Assembly: GCF_009914755.1 (NCBI RefSeq)
Contig: NC_060929.1
Direction: 5' to 3' (one strand)
Length of the DNA: 64,000 nucleotides
DNA from: the human T2T-CHM13v2.0 reference genome, Homo sapiens
Shown: piece by piece, positions 47,805 through 64,000 of the stretch
Numbering within the stretch: the first letter of the stretch is position 1
Layout: each line of letters opens with the position of its first letter
Notes under the pieces: model-generated
What the model saw: the letters and a program-made list of their open reading frames with translations, nothing else
Told to the model about the DNA's origin: nothing
Databases searched by the model: none
Program-made: the position numbers and the translations under genes

Positions 47805-48687
47805 AATGCATGGAATTATGTAAAACCATAAACCATGTTTAGTCACTGAGGAAGTATCAGTTTCATAGACTCTTACAGTAGTACAGAGATGGATCATTCT
47901 AAGGTCCACAAACTCAACTGTCTTTGGAGATGAGAAGCATATGTTAGGGACAGAAGCAGGCTGGGTCACAACAGCAAGTGGGGTGGGGACTACGGGTATG
48001 CATGTCTTGCAGTCAGTTTCAAATTCAAAATCAGTCTATGCCAATATGGGCCCAGAGGTTTCAGTTTTCTAACTTTAATCCAGATTCCACATTTTAAAGA
48101 AAAGAATGCCACTGATTGTTAATTAAGATGACTTGTGTAAGACTGCTCCTTGACAGAACTGGCCCTCTGCACTCAGGTTTTTCTGTCCTCTGTTCCTTCC
48201 CTTTCTGCCATGATTTGCCCTTTCTACACCACGCTCTGTCATTTTGGAGGGGCAGCTTGATACGGTGGCTAGTCATGTGGTTTTGGGAGCCTGAGTTTGA
48301 GTCTTGGACCTATTCCTACTAACGGCATAAGCTTGACAGGTTGTTTAACCACCTTGGACCTACATTCACTTATATTTAAAATGAGATGATATGGTTTGGC
48401 TGTGTCCCCACCCAAATCTCATCATGAATTGTAGCTCCCATAATTCCCACGTGTTGTGGGAGGGACCTGATGGGAGATAATTGAATCATGGGGGTGGTTC
48501 CCCCATACTGTTCTCATGGTGGTGAATAAGTCTCACAAGATCTGATGGTTTTATAAGGGGAAACCCTTTTTGCTTGACTCTCATTGTCTCTTGTCTGCTA
48601 CCATGTAAGATGTGCCTTCTGCATTCCGCCATGATTGTTAGGCCTCCCCAACCACATGGAACTCTGTCCTTTAAACCTCTTTTTCTT

Positions 48688-49682
48688 AAACTGGAAACTC
48701 TAAAAAGCAGAGCACCTCTCCTCCTCCAAAGGAACGCAGTTCCTCACCAGTAACGGAACAAAGCTGGACGGAGAATGACTTTGACGAGTTGAGAGAAGAA
48801 GGCTTCAGACGATCAAATTACTCCAAGCTATGAGAGGACATTCAAACCAAAGGCAAAGAAGTTGAAAACTTTGAAAAAAATTTAGAAGAATGTATATCTA
48901 GAATAACCAATAAAGAGAAGTGCTTAAAGGAGCTGATGGAGCTGAAAACCAAGGCTCGAGAACTACGTGAAGAATGCAGAAGCCTCCGGAGCTGATGAGA
49001 TCAACTGGAAGAAAGGGTATCAGCGATGGAAGGTGAAATGAATGAAATGAAGACAGAAGGGAAGTTTAGAGAAAAAAGAATAAAAAGAAACGAGCAAAGC
49101 CTCCAAGAAATATGGGACTATGTGAAAAGACCAAATCTACGTCTGATTGGTGTACCTGAAAGTGACAGGGAGAATGGAACCAAGTTGGAGAACACTCTGC
49201 AGGATATTATCCAGGAGAACTTCCCCAATCTAGCAAGGCAGGCCAACATTCAGATTCAGGAAATACAGAGAATGCCACAAAGATACTCCTTGAGAAGAGC
49301 AACTCCAAGACACACAATTGTCAGATTCATCAAAGTTGAAATGAAGGAAAAAATGTTAAAGGCAGCAAGAGAGAAAGGTCAGGTTACCCTCAAAGGGAAG
49401 CCCATCAGACTAACAGCAGATCTATCGGCAGAAACTCTACAAGCCAGAAGAGAGTGGGGGCCAATATTCAACGTTCTTAAAGAAAAGAATTTTAAACCCA
49501 GAATTTCATATCCAGCCAAGCTAAGCTTCATAAGTGAAAGAGAAATAAAATACTTTACAAACAAGCAAATGCTGAGAGATTTTGTCACCACCAGGCCTGC
49601 CCTAAAAGAGCTCCTGAAGGAAGCACTAAACATGGAAAGGAACAACTGGTACCAGCTGCTGCAAAATCATGCCAAAATGTAA
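48688..49682 (+). pseudogene. L1 ORF1p remnant (start missing, internal stops)
   Basis: ORF 49026-49682 is the C-terminal part of ORF1p; upstream in-frame TGA codons near 48831 and 48994. Confidence 0.9.
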
Positions 49683-49730
49683 AGACCATCGAGACTAGGA
49701 AGAAACTGCATCAACTAACGAGCAAAATAA

Positions 49731-53568
<3,838 letters not shown>

Positions 53569-53830
53569 ACAATGAGAACACGTGGACACAGGAAGGGGAG
53601 CATCACAGTCTAGGGACTGTTGTGGGGTGGGGGGAGGGGGGAGGGATAGCATTGGGACATATGCCTAATGCTAGATGACGAGTTAGTGGGTGCAGCGCAC
53701 CAGCATGGCACATGTATACATATGCAACTAACCTGCACATTGTGCACATGTACCCTAAAACTTAAAGTATAATAATAATAAATAAAAAGAGAGAAGTAAA
53801 AAAAAAAAAAAAAGGAAAAGAAAAGAAAAA

Positions 53831-54250
53831 GCACAAGGAAAACCTAGAGCCCTTCCCTTTAGAATATGCTATAATATTAACCAAGTACCAGAGGGAGACA
53901 GAACTCTGATAATATTGTTTTTCTTCTACATTTTTCTATGAAGAATACTGTAAACTAGAAAAGGCAGAGTAGTAATTGACGCCCAAAAAGGGAAAGTTAG
54001 CATAAAAGAGTCTTGGTGATTTCAATCACTGGCTCCTAAATGTTTGTCTTCTGCAAATTTTTTTTTTTAATTAGTGAGTTTACTTTACAAAACTATTTTC
54101 AATTTAAAAGAGTGCCTTTTATTCCGATATTGTTTTATTCATTTGTTTGTATAGGTTTCACATATTCTTTGTCTTATTTGCTTCATTTTTAATAAAATTG
54201 TGGTGATGGCAGATGTAAAAAAAAAAAAAAAAAGAAAAAAGAAAAAAGAA
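53831..54250 (+). other. L1 3'-transduced segment with its own AATAAA and second poly(A) tail
   Basis: Non-L1 sequence between two A-tails; AATAAA at 54191-96, poly(A) from 54217; enclosed by the TSD. Confidence 0.85.
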
Positions 54251-54912
54251 AAACCTCTTTTTCTTTATAAATTACCCAGTCTCAGGTATTTCTTTATCAG
54301 CAGCATGAGAAAGGACTAATACGTGGGAACAGCAGCAACAGGGCATACTATAGAACAGTTGATAGGTATGAACTGAGTTAACACATGCAAAGTGTTATGA
54401 ACAGTGTCTGACACATAGCAGGTACTCAGAGAGTTCCAGCTATTCTTATTTTTACCTAGTCCTCACGATAGTCCTTCTTGAGGATTGCCTGTGTTAGATA
54501 GTTTTCAATTACATTGTTTGAAAGTCATAAAACCACAAGACAGAAAATTTTGAAATTCATATTTCCTTTGAATTCAGCCTACCTTCTCTTTAATTAGTCT
54601 GACTGTGACAGCTTCACTATGTGCTGATTTGGAGGCCAAAGTTTATCCTTTTTACTGATGTAGCTAATTTCAAGCTGACTGGATATACTCATTTTTTTAA
54701 AGTAGCAGATTAACTTTCTCCAGCCTGGACTTCGATCAGTTTGTGGGCAGATTGGAGAAGGGAGGATGGGCTCAGCAGGAGCAGGCTGGCCCAAGTTGCC
54801 TGTGGTACACCAGGGACATCCAATACACCTGGGCATAACAGAGACCCAGCTGCCCAGGCAGAAATTGCAAAATTTCTGCTGATGTGACAGCTCAGTGTCA
54901 GCTGTAGGGAAT

Positions 54913-54914
54913 AT

Positions 54915-54957
<43 letters not shown>

Positions 54958-55242
54958 TTTTGAGATGGAGTTTTGCTCCGTTGCCCAGGCTGGAGTGCAA
55001 TGGCATGATCTTGGCTCATTGCAACCTCCACCTCCTGGGTTCAAACATTCTCCTGCGTCAGCGTCCTGAGCAGCTGGGATTACAGGCATGCACTACCACA
55101 CCCAGCTACTTTTTGTATTTTTAGTACAGATGGTGTTTCACCATGTTGGCTGGGCTGGTTTTGAACTCCTGACCTCAAGTGACCGGCCTGCCTCAGCATC
55201 CCAAAGTGCTGGGATGACAGATGTGAGCCACTACGCCCAACC
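54913..55242 (-). mobile_element. Alu with a (TTTA)n tail
   Basis: Dimer; TSD-like agctgtagg. Confidence 0.9.
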
Positions 55243-55693
55243 TAGCTGTAGGAAATTTTTAGTTGAGGAAGTCTATTCCAGCAATGATGGCTGGACAGAA
55301 ATAGGTGTGAAACATACTTACAGGTTCTCCACCTGTCCTTGGCTGGTCTAACCACCTGTTAGTCCAATCATGATAGTCACCCAGCAGTGAGACATGGCTT
55401 CGGTGGCCCTAGTGATCATCCTCTGGTCTTTTAATCTCCATAGCTACTCTCAGTAGACAGAGGACTGCTTTATTTGATACACTCTAATATGAGGTGTGAT
55501 TATAAGTAAATTAATCCCTTTTGAAAACACACAGGCTAGAGCTCACATAGCCAACGAATTTTCTTCCCATTAAAGTAATGCCCTTGGGAGTAGTGTGCTT
55601 TAATGCTTTAATGCTGCTTTAATTCAACCTATTTTACAATTTTTGGGGAACTATTTTCAAATGCAGTACCTGCAGTTGGTGGTACTCCTCTAA

Positions 55694-56045
<352 letters not shown>

Positions 56046-56143
56046 CCCACATTATTTCCAGGCAAGTTTTGTCAGAAAGGTATATGCTGCCAGGTTGGTA
56101 AATACTATTTTTGCAAAAATAAAGATTAAAAACTTGGCTATCA

Positions 56144-56457
56144 GGCCTGGCACGGTGGCTCACGTCTCTAATGCCAGTACTTTGGGAGGCCAAGGCGGGC
56201 GGATCACTTGAGGTCAGGAATTCAAGATCAGCCTGGTCAACATGGTGAAACCCTGTCTTTACTAAAAATACAAAAATTAGTCAGGCTTGGTGGCACATGC
56301 CTGTGGTCCCAGCTACTCGGGAGGCTGTGGCAGAAGAATCCCTTGAACCCCAGGAGGCGGAGGTTGCGGTGAGTCGAGATTGTACCACTGTACTTCAGCC
56401 TGGATGACAGAGCGAGACTTTGTCTCAAAATAACCAAACAAATAAAAACAACAAAAA
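56144..56457 (+). mobile_element. Alu
   Basis: Dimer; TSD-like cttggctat. Confidence 0.9.
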
Positions 56458-56812
56458 CCTTGGCTATGAGATTAAATTTCCTATGATGTTTGTCAGCCCC
56501 TGAAACAATCCCTAGAAAGGAATTAAAAAAATATATTGAGTCACGGTCTAATAACATCACATATGGCTGTTAGCAACTTATTTGATAGACATCAATTTGG
56601 AGATTTAAGTTCTGTTATACTTGTTAAACTGATCAGCGAATGTACTAACAAATCAACCAGCCCACTAGCACAAATTTCATTCATTTGTAGGCAAACTTTG
56701 GAATTCACAGAGCAGAGGCTTTCTGCCTGGAACACAGAGGAAGTTTAGGAGGTTTCTGTCTGTGCATCTCCTGTTCCCACTGCACTCAATGGCACCCTTA
56801 CATGCCACTTAC

Positions 56813-56905
56813 TTCATCTGCAATGCACACGCCTCCCCTTGCTCGCACCAGCTCAAAGGCTTCCTTTAGAAACCCCTTTGGGTACTGGACAACTCCATTC
56901 ACACC
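56813..56905 (-). CDS. AGXT2: AGXT2 coding exon 9 ([31 protein letters not shown])
   Basis: 93 nt; AG at 56906-07, GTAAGT donor; begins the PLP-binding 'DEVQTG' motif. Confidence 0.97.
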
Positions 56906-57459
56906 CTGCAAAAGACCAGACCAAGAAGACCTATAATAATAGCATCAGCCCTTTCAAAGTATATAAAAAAGTTAGATCATCATTATCATCATTATCATGA
57001 CAGTAACACTAGCAATTTTAACAACAGTCTGTAGAACAGTTTCCACTGTGGGTGAAAAGAGGACTTATTACTCTATACCATGACTTCTGGAAAAAAGATG
57101 CAAACATTGATTATTTTCTGAGATTAGAAAACAGTAGAATAAAAGAAATTGGTGAGACTAAAGAAAGAGTTCTTTGGACAACGTGGATGTTATTAAGCAG
57201 CTAAAAATGGCCAGGGTTTCCTCTTCTTAAGAATTTTAGGAGTTCGGTAGTTTCATCTGTCTGGTGAGAATGGAGGAGAGGGTTTTTAAAAGGTCATTTG
57301 AAAGTCAGCGTCTTCTTTTTTCAAGGAGACCAAGAGAATGAATTTAGAGAGGGACACAGTGAGCACTTAATTCATTTGGAATTCTCTAGAATATATGAGT
57401 TAAAACTTTCTGATAATTGAAGATTCAGCTCCATTAATGTCTAAGGTTCATATACCCAC

Positions 57460-57560
57460 TTGAATAGGTTCTGCGAAAAATCCAGCAATTGACTTGGCCA
57501 CAGATGTGCTCAGCGTATCTTTGAATTGCTCAATATACTGATCTTTAGCTTGGCAGCAGT
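57460..57560 (-). CDS. AGXT2: AGXT2 coding exon 8 ([34 protein letters not shown])
   Basis: 101 nt; AG at 57561-62, GT at 57458-59; class-III aminotransferase 'EPIQG' motif spans the exon 8/9 junction. Confidence 0.96.
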
Positions 57561-59605
57561 CTGCAAAAAGCAAACAACAAAACAAAACAAACCACAGCAT
57601 TTGAAAATGTGAGCCTGATATTTAGAAGCATGGGGAAAAACAGGAAAAAAAAAAAACAACCAGACAGGGTAAGTTAATCAGGGACTTCAGAATACGGTAA
57701 ACTGGGGTGAGGATATGCATTTCTGAAGGGGGAATGTTCTCTCTGAACAACTTGTACTTTGGTTCAAGGAGGGAGATTAAGATAGCCATAAAGGCATAAA
57801 CAAACCACTTCAGTTCTTTCCATCTGGGGAAGAAACGTCCCAAAGTGTCATTGAGCTGGTATAGATAGCTGTTTCACCTAAGGATGCCCGTCCTCTCAAA
57901 CAGGTGGATCTAATTCAAATGTAATTAGAGCGATTTAATTTATTTGAAAATAACTCTATTTACCTTTCATTGCCATTTAATCTGATGTACCGTTTTAAAG
58001 CTACAAAGTGTCTTTGTCTTTAGAGTTAGTAAATATGCTTGTAGAACAATTAGAATTCAGTCTAAAGAGAAATGTTCGAGAGCTAGGTGGCTTCCATCCA
58101 TCGCAGCCCTTGGCACTTGGTCCTGTGCTTGTTTTTAACAGGACTTTCTCCGATTAATCAGGAGGTTTTTGTGGGCAGGGACTATACTTTGTTCATTTCT
58201 AAAATCTCTGTGGCCAGGCAAGCTGTTTGGTACACTGTAGGTGGTGCTCAGTAAATGTTTAACGCATTAAGAAGAAAATATTAACAAATAGTAGAAATCA
58301 TGGCTGGAGTGAGACATTGAGCAATTTTGCTTGAAGGCCTTTCTTTCTTTCTTTCTTTTTGGAGATCTTTCTAATGGGGAAAAGCAGTAAAGTGTCCTTG
58401 TTGAAGTGATCTGTCTTTAATTCATTACTTCTCCTTTTGGCTGCATCTTACTGCTGATAAACCCACATGCTGAGTTTTAAATTTCAATAATCACTTTTAT
58501 ATTACTAGAAGGCATATTTGCTTTTAAAACTTGCTTTCTTATTCTTCACAGTGTCCTATCCCTTTCGCATATTTTCAAGCTTATATTTGATTTTCTTTAA
58601 ATGTATTAAACATATTCATTTTATAGCCTATCTGATAATTCTGTTATTTGAAATCCTTGCTGATCTTTTTCTTGATTGCGGAGTTTTGTGTATTGTATGT
58701 TTATTTTTGACAAGGGGCAGTTTATTTTCCTTGGAATTTCATTTGTGAGAACTCTTTGAGGCCCAGAATGAGGTAGATCCCTCCAGAGCCTATCTGAGTT
58801 TGCAGCTTCCAAGTGCGTAGGGCATTAGAGTCTAAGAGTCCTTTAAATTATGAGCCTGAGGAAGTGAGCGTTCACAATGCAAAGCCTTGGAGGGCCAGTC
58901 TGCAGGTGAAACTTTCAGTGGTGGCTCCTCCCAGTCCCTCCACTTCCATTCAGCACCAGAATCCTTGCAGGCCCTTTGGTCTGTGAGGGGTAATATGTTC
59001 TTGGTGGTGTATTTAATTCTAGTTGACCCATGGATGAAGATGTGGCCTCTTGGGGGCTCCAGCTTTGTGGCAGGGGAGGGTTTCCTATAAGATCCCTTAC
59101 TTTGGCTGGGCCCTGGACTTCGTCATCTCTTCCCTGCACTCCACAGAGCCATCAACATGGAAGCTCAAGGTTACCAGGTTCAAGAAATTCTCTCAGGGTC
59201 AAAGCTGGCTGCAGTGTCGTAATGATCTATTTGCGTTTCTGAGAATTCGTGCTTTCTTGTATCCATGCTTTGAAGGGAATGCATTTCATTTTATCCAGGA
59301 TTTTTTAGTTGTTTTCCACTGGAGAAAACCCAGGCTATCATGTTACCAGTACTAGCTGTCCATCCAGCTCAGTTTTCTTAGCACTAACCATGTCTACTTT
59401 CTAATCCTGCTTAAAGATACTAGAAACATTTCTGCCATGCTTCACTAGCTGCAAGCCTCACCACACAGACACACAGGCATGAAATCCTGTGGATGGGAGA
59501 GGACTAGAGATGAGTGGGAAGATTGCCCAGCAGACTTGCCCAAGCTCCAGAAGCCTTCATCTGTGTGTCAGAATTGGAAGTGGGAATCACCAAGGAAGCA
59601 GGAAA

Positions 59606-59607
<2 letters not shown>

Positions 59608-59656
<49 letters not shown>
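59608..59656. repeat. (GA)n microsatellite
   Basis: About 24 uninterrupted GA units. Confidence 0.95.
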
Positions 59657-59660
<4 letters not shown>

Positions 59661-61209
59661 CTTCTACTCTGGAATAACAAAGGTCCCAGGTCAACTGTAT
59701 CCATACATGACTGAATCTTCAGAATTTTTATCCACACCTGTTATTTGGTTCTAAACAGTACCATGCAGTCTCTGAACTTAAATTTATATCCATAGATGAC
59801 CAAAGGAATGCAGAGAAAGATGTGGAAGGGATGGAAAGCCTCAACCCGAGTGACAGTGAAAGCAGTGTGGGACAGGGCTCCCCACCTACCATCCCAGTGC
59901 TTGCTTAGAGGCATGGATGCAGTGCTGTCTCCACGGTGCTAGACAGAAGGAACAGAAACCTTCTGCAATCACCATCAAAACCGAATTTTATACCTCAGCT
60001 CTTCATTAAAAGTGAGGAAATACTAGCTGGCCCCAAACATATTTTTAGATTACATGTGATATTCGGAAAAGTTTGATTGACAGAGGTACCTGATATCTTT
60101 GGTTAGCTGGAGGTTGGAGGTTAAGGGTGTGAGAAAGGAAGAAATGACAAGTATATCAAACCCTGAAAATATGTTTTTGGCATCGCTTGTGTTGTTTTGA
60201 TGAGAAGAATATAGTAGACAAATAAATCTATGCCTCTAGAGACAGAAATTTCCCGTTTTTATTGGGAAAGGAAGAGAAAACAGCTTCAGATAACCCTAAA
60301 AGATGGATCAGACCTATGTTCAAGAGAAGTAATTTGGAAATTTAACAAGCCCATTTGTAACTGGAGAAATCAAAGAGTGGAGCTTAAATTTGGGCAGAAC
60401 CAAACCAAAAGGTTTTGCCTGAACCTATGCTAGACCTTTCATGACTTTTTTCCCTCTCTGCCCACATGCTCAGCGATGAGAGAGTCATTGACTGTGATGA
60501 GCTTTTTACTTTATTTCGCACTAGCTGCATTGACTCATTGATGTAACCCTAGGTTAGGCCACTTCTGCAGAGGCTTGGCAGGAGGAAAACCCCAAGGGGG
60601 TGGAGACAGGATGTTCTGTTGGATACTACAACAGGATGACGAAGGAAGAATTTATTCCAGCTAGTGGTACAGAAAGAGTTAAGCTGAGTGAGGAGCCAAG
60701 AAAGAACTACAATTTTTAAGAAAAACAAAACTTGCCTTTCAAAAGAAGAAGAATGACATGATCAGTACGAGGTTTGGAACATTGTGGGGGCAGTAGGTGA
60801 TGAGGAGTGAATCTCGTCATGGATTACACCTGAAACTCAGGGCCTGGAATGAACCCCTGGGGAAAAAATCCTGGGAGGTAGATGGAGTAGGACAAATAAA
60901 TATACCACATAAACATCTAGATTAGACTCACAAAATGGCCCCCTGCCTCTGTTGGGAGGGATGACATATTTCTGAGATGAGAAAAATCTCTACCATGGTT
61001 GGTGCCTCAATTCCTCTTAAGGTATTCCTATCAATAGGTTAAGAGGAATTGAGAACAGGCAACATCTATAGTCAAAGAACTGTACATGTTTGGATGCTTT
61101 TGTAAACATATATGAATATTCCAGTTTTACAGCAAAGACCAAACCCTTCCCAGGTCCTAAAGGCAGTGAAGGAGACCGGGGTCTTTCTTTTGTATTCCAA
61201 TCCTGTTCA

Positions 61210-61607
<398 letters not shown>

Positions 61608-62919
61608 TCAGAGCAGAAATGTACGCCTGTCACTATCATTTAGCCTCTAGATGCCACTAGAGAGATGACCATGGATTTCTGGTATTGTCAAATTGCCTTA
61701 AGTAGTCCTATAGAAGGCCTTATAGTAGGCTTGTGTCTCTTCTATGTGGAAAGAGGAACATATAGCAGGAAAAGAAGGAAATGACCACCTTTTAGTGCTT
61801 CCGTCTACTAGGCTCTGTGCTGGTGGTTTTGCAGTCAGACCAGGGTCTGGGAAGTGCATCAAACTGATTTTAGTTCTTGATGCCTTACAGATGCAATATT
61901 CAAATACGGCTTTACCAGGCATTGCTATGGTCTGTTTTTCTCTACAAAAGTTCTCCGTGCCTCATCTCATGAAGTGCCATGATGGTGTTGGCAGCAGCCA
62001 GATATTGCTGTCTCTGTTTTACAAATGAGAAAACTGAAGCAAAAGGTGAAGCTTTTGCTCATAGCTGAACCATGCCAGGGCTGAGAGTGGAATCCATCTC
62101 TTGACTTCATGCAGCTCCTCAGTCCTGGCCTGTGGAATAGGAATGCTTTTTCAGCTTGGGTTTATCTTGACGGCACATCAGTGTGGATGAGGATGGCTAT
62201 AGGAATTGGGAGCACTGGCTTTGGAGTCAGAAGACCTGGGGTCAAATCTTAGCTCTCCAGTCTCCTCCGTGTGAAACTGGCTTTCCTGATGTTTAAAGTG
62301 GAGAGTTTGATTTATAGCTTTACATTTCCTTCTGGTTTTAAATTCCATGAGCGTGACATCTTGTCTTCTTTCACTACTTACTCTTTCATTCTCTTACCTC
62401 CATTTTGCTATTATGTCATCTGAATTTTAAGACGATGGTGAATTTTTTTCCTTTCAGAGCTGGTTTTTAAGACTTCTGTTTTGTATTTTTCCTCTCAACC
62501 CAGTGATTCATACTATTCCATTAAAAATCACTGGGCTGAAGCATTTAGTTATTTCCTTCAGAAGTACTAAGGAGCGGCTATTCAAAAGGTTGTGATGACA
62601 AATCAGAGGCAGGGCTTGTTGATTAGCAAGGAACAGATGATGTTTCCTGCCTCCTCTCCCTCCTGTTAAGCGTAGGTAAAGAATGCGAATAAAAATGTGA
62701 TTGGTAAATGGAAGTTCTCCTTGTGAGAAAGCCTTTAAAACTTTTGCCAGGGTTGTCAGCAGCCTGTAGGAAGGGCAGCCTTGTGTTTTGTTTGACGGAT
62801 GCTCTCATTTTGGCTGGCAGTCCCTGGAGAACTTTTTGACTGGAGTTTTGAGATTGCCAAAAGCATTATTTTCCCTCTTTCCACTGGTATGGGTTAATAA
62901 TCCCACCCATCTTGATTTC

Positions 62920-63501
<582 letters not shown>

Positions 63502-63765
63502 TGATAGTCGTTTTTTTGAGCTTGGCTCTGATAGCGTGAGATGCTTTTCCTACATGGCCAGACAGATGGTCTGAGAGTGAAGTGATAGCAGACATAAGCG
63601 TTGATTCAATGAGGAATAACTTGGTTACTTTCCAGTTTTGCTTCCTCTGGCTTTTCCCTTTTCCATGTTTTCAAATTCAATTGTTCCCTCAGGGATGGGT
63701 CTGCCTTTATTCGTGTCCCTTCCAACTTCCAACACTCCACTGGCACCCCCCTTGCCCAGTCGGAC

Positions 63766-63859
63766 CTGGTGCACAGCTGCACTTCCTGATTGTTTGCACT
63801 GGAGAATCTCGACAGTGGCTTCCTCCCCAAGGGCCACGAAAAACATCTGGACACATTGT
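63766..63859 (-). CDS. AGXT2: AGXT2 coding exon 7 (aa 226-257: [32 protein letters not shown])
   Basis: 94 nt; AG acceptor at 63860-61, GT donor at 63764-65; translation matches human AGXT2 as recalled; phase joins exon 8. Confidence 0.96.
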
Positions 63860-64000
63860 CTGCAAATGACAAAAGAAGGAGTGTGGCAAAGCATGAACAC
63901 AAGACAGCCAAGTTAGGGTAGCATATGGCTGCCATCAAGACAAGAGGGCTTCTTAGTTTTCCTCCCTCATTCTTCTCCCACTTAAGATGAAAATTGAAGG

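Noticed and set aside
63582-63938. Overlapping ORFs in several frames around exon 7
   Set aside because: Only the frame in ORF 63707-63889 matches AGXT2; the others are shadow ORFs.

Overview
Human genomic DNA (a human-specific AluYb8 is present), not prokaryotic. The right half carries the 3' part of AGXT2 (alanine-glyoxylate aminotransferase 2, a PLP-dependent class-III aminotransferase) on the minus strand. Eight GT-AG coding exons (exons 7-14 by my recollection of the numbering, residues 226-514) splice in frame to a stop at 29761-29763, with a poly(A) signal at 29159-29164. This haplotype encodes Leu498 rather than Val498. The left ~29 kb is repeat-dense intergenic DNA. I found no convincing new multi-gene system. 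The most notable structures are: (1) a 5'-truncated L1PA2/3 in an AGXT2 intron with a ~390-bp 3' transduction, all bracketed by a 15-bp TSD inside a THE1 LTR; (2) a ~300-bp inverted local duplication pasted into an Alu; (3) a 62-bp templated insertion inside a MER21 LTR; (4) a four-level nest (Tigger3 > MER4 > MER41 > Alu); (5) an LTR-derived AGXT2 3'UTR and poly(A) signal; (6) a near-consensus CTCF site. Repeat subfamily names come from recalled consensus sequences and need RepeatMasker/Dfam confirmation. Repeat boundaries without a stated TSD are approximate.
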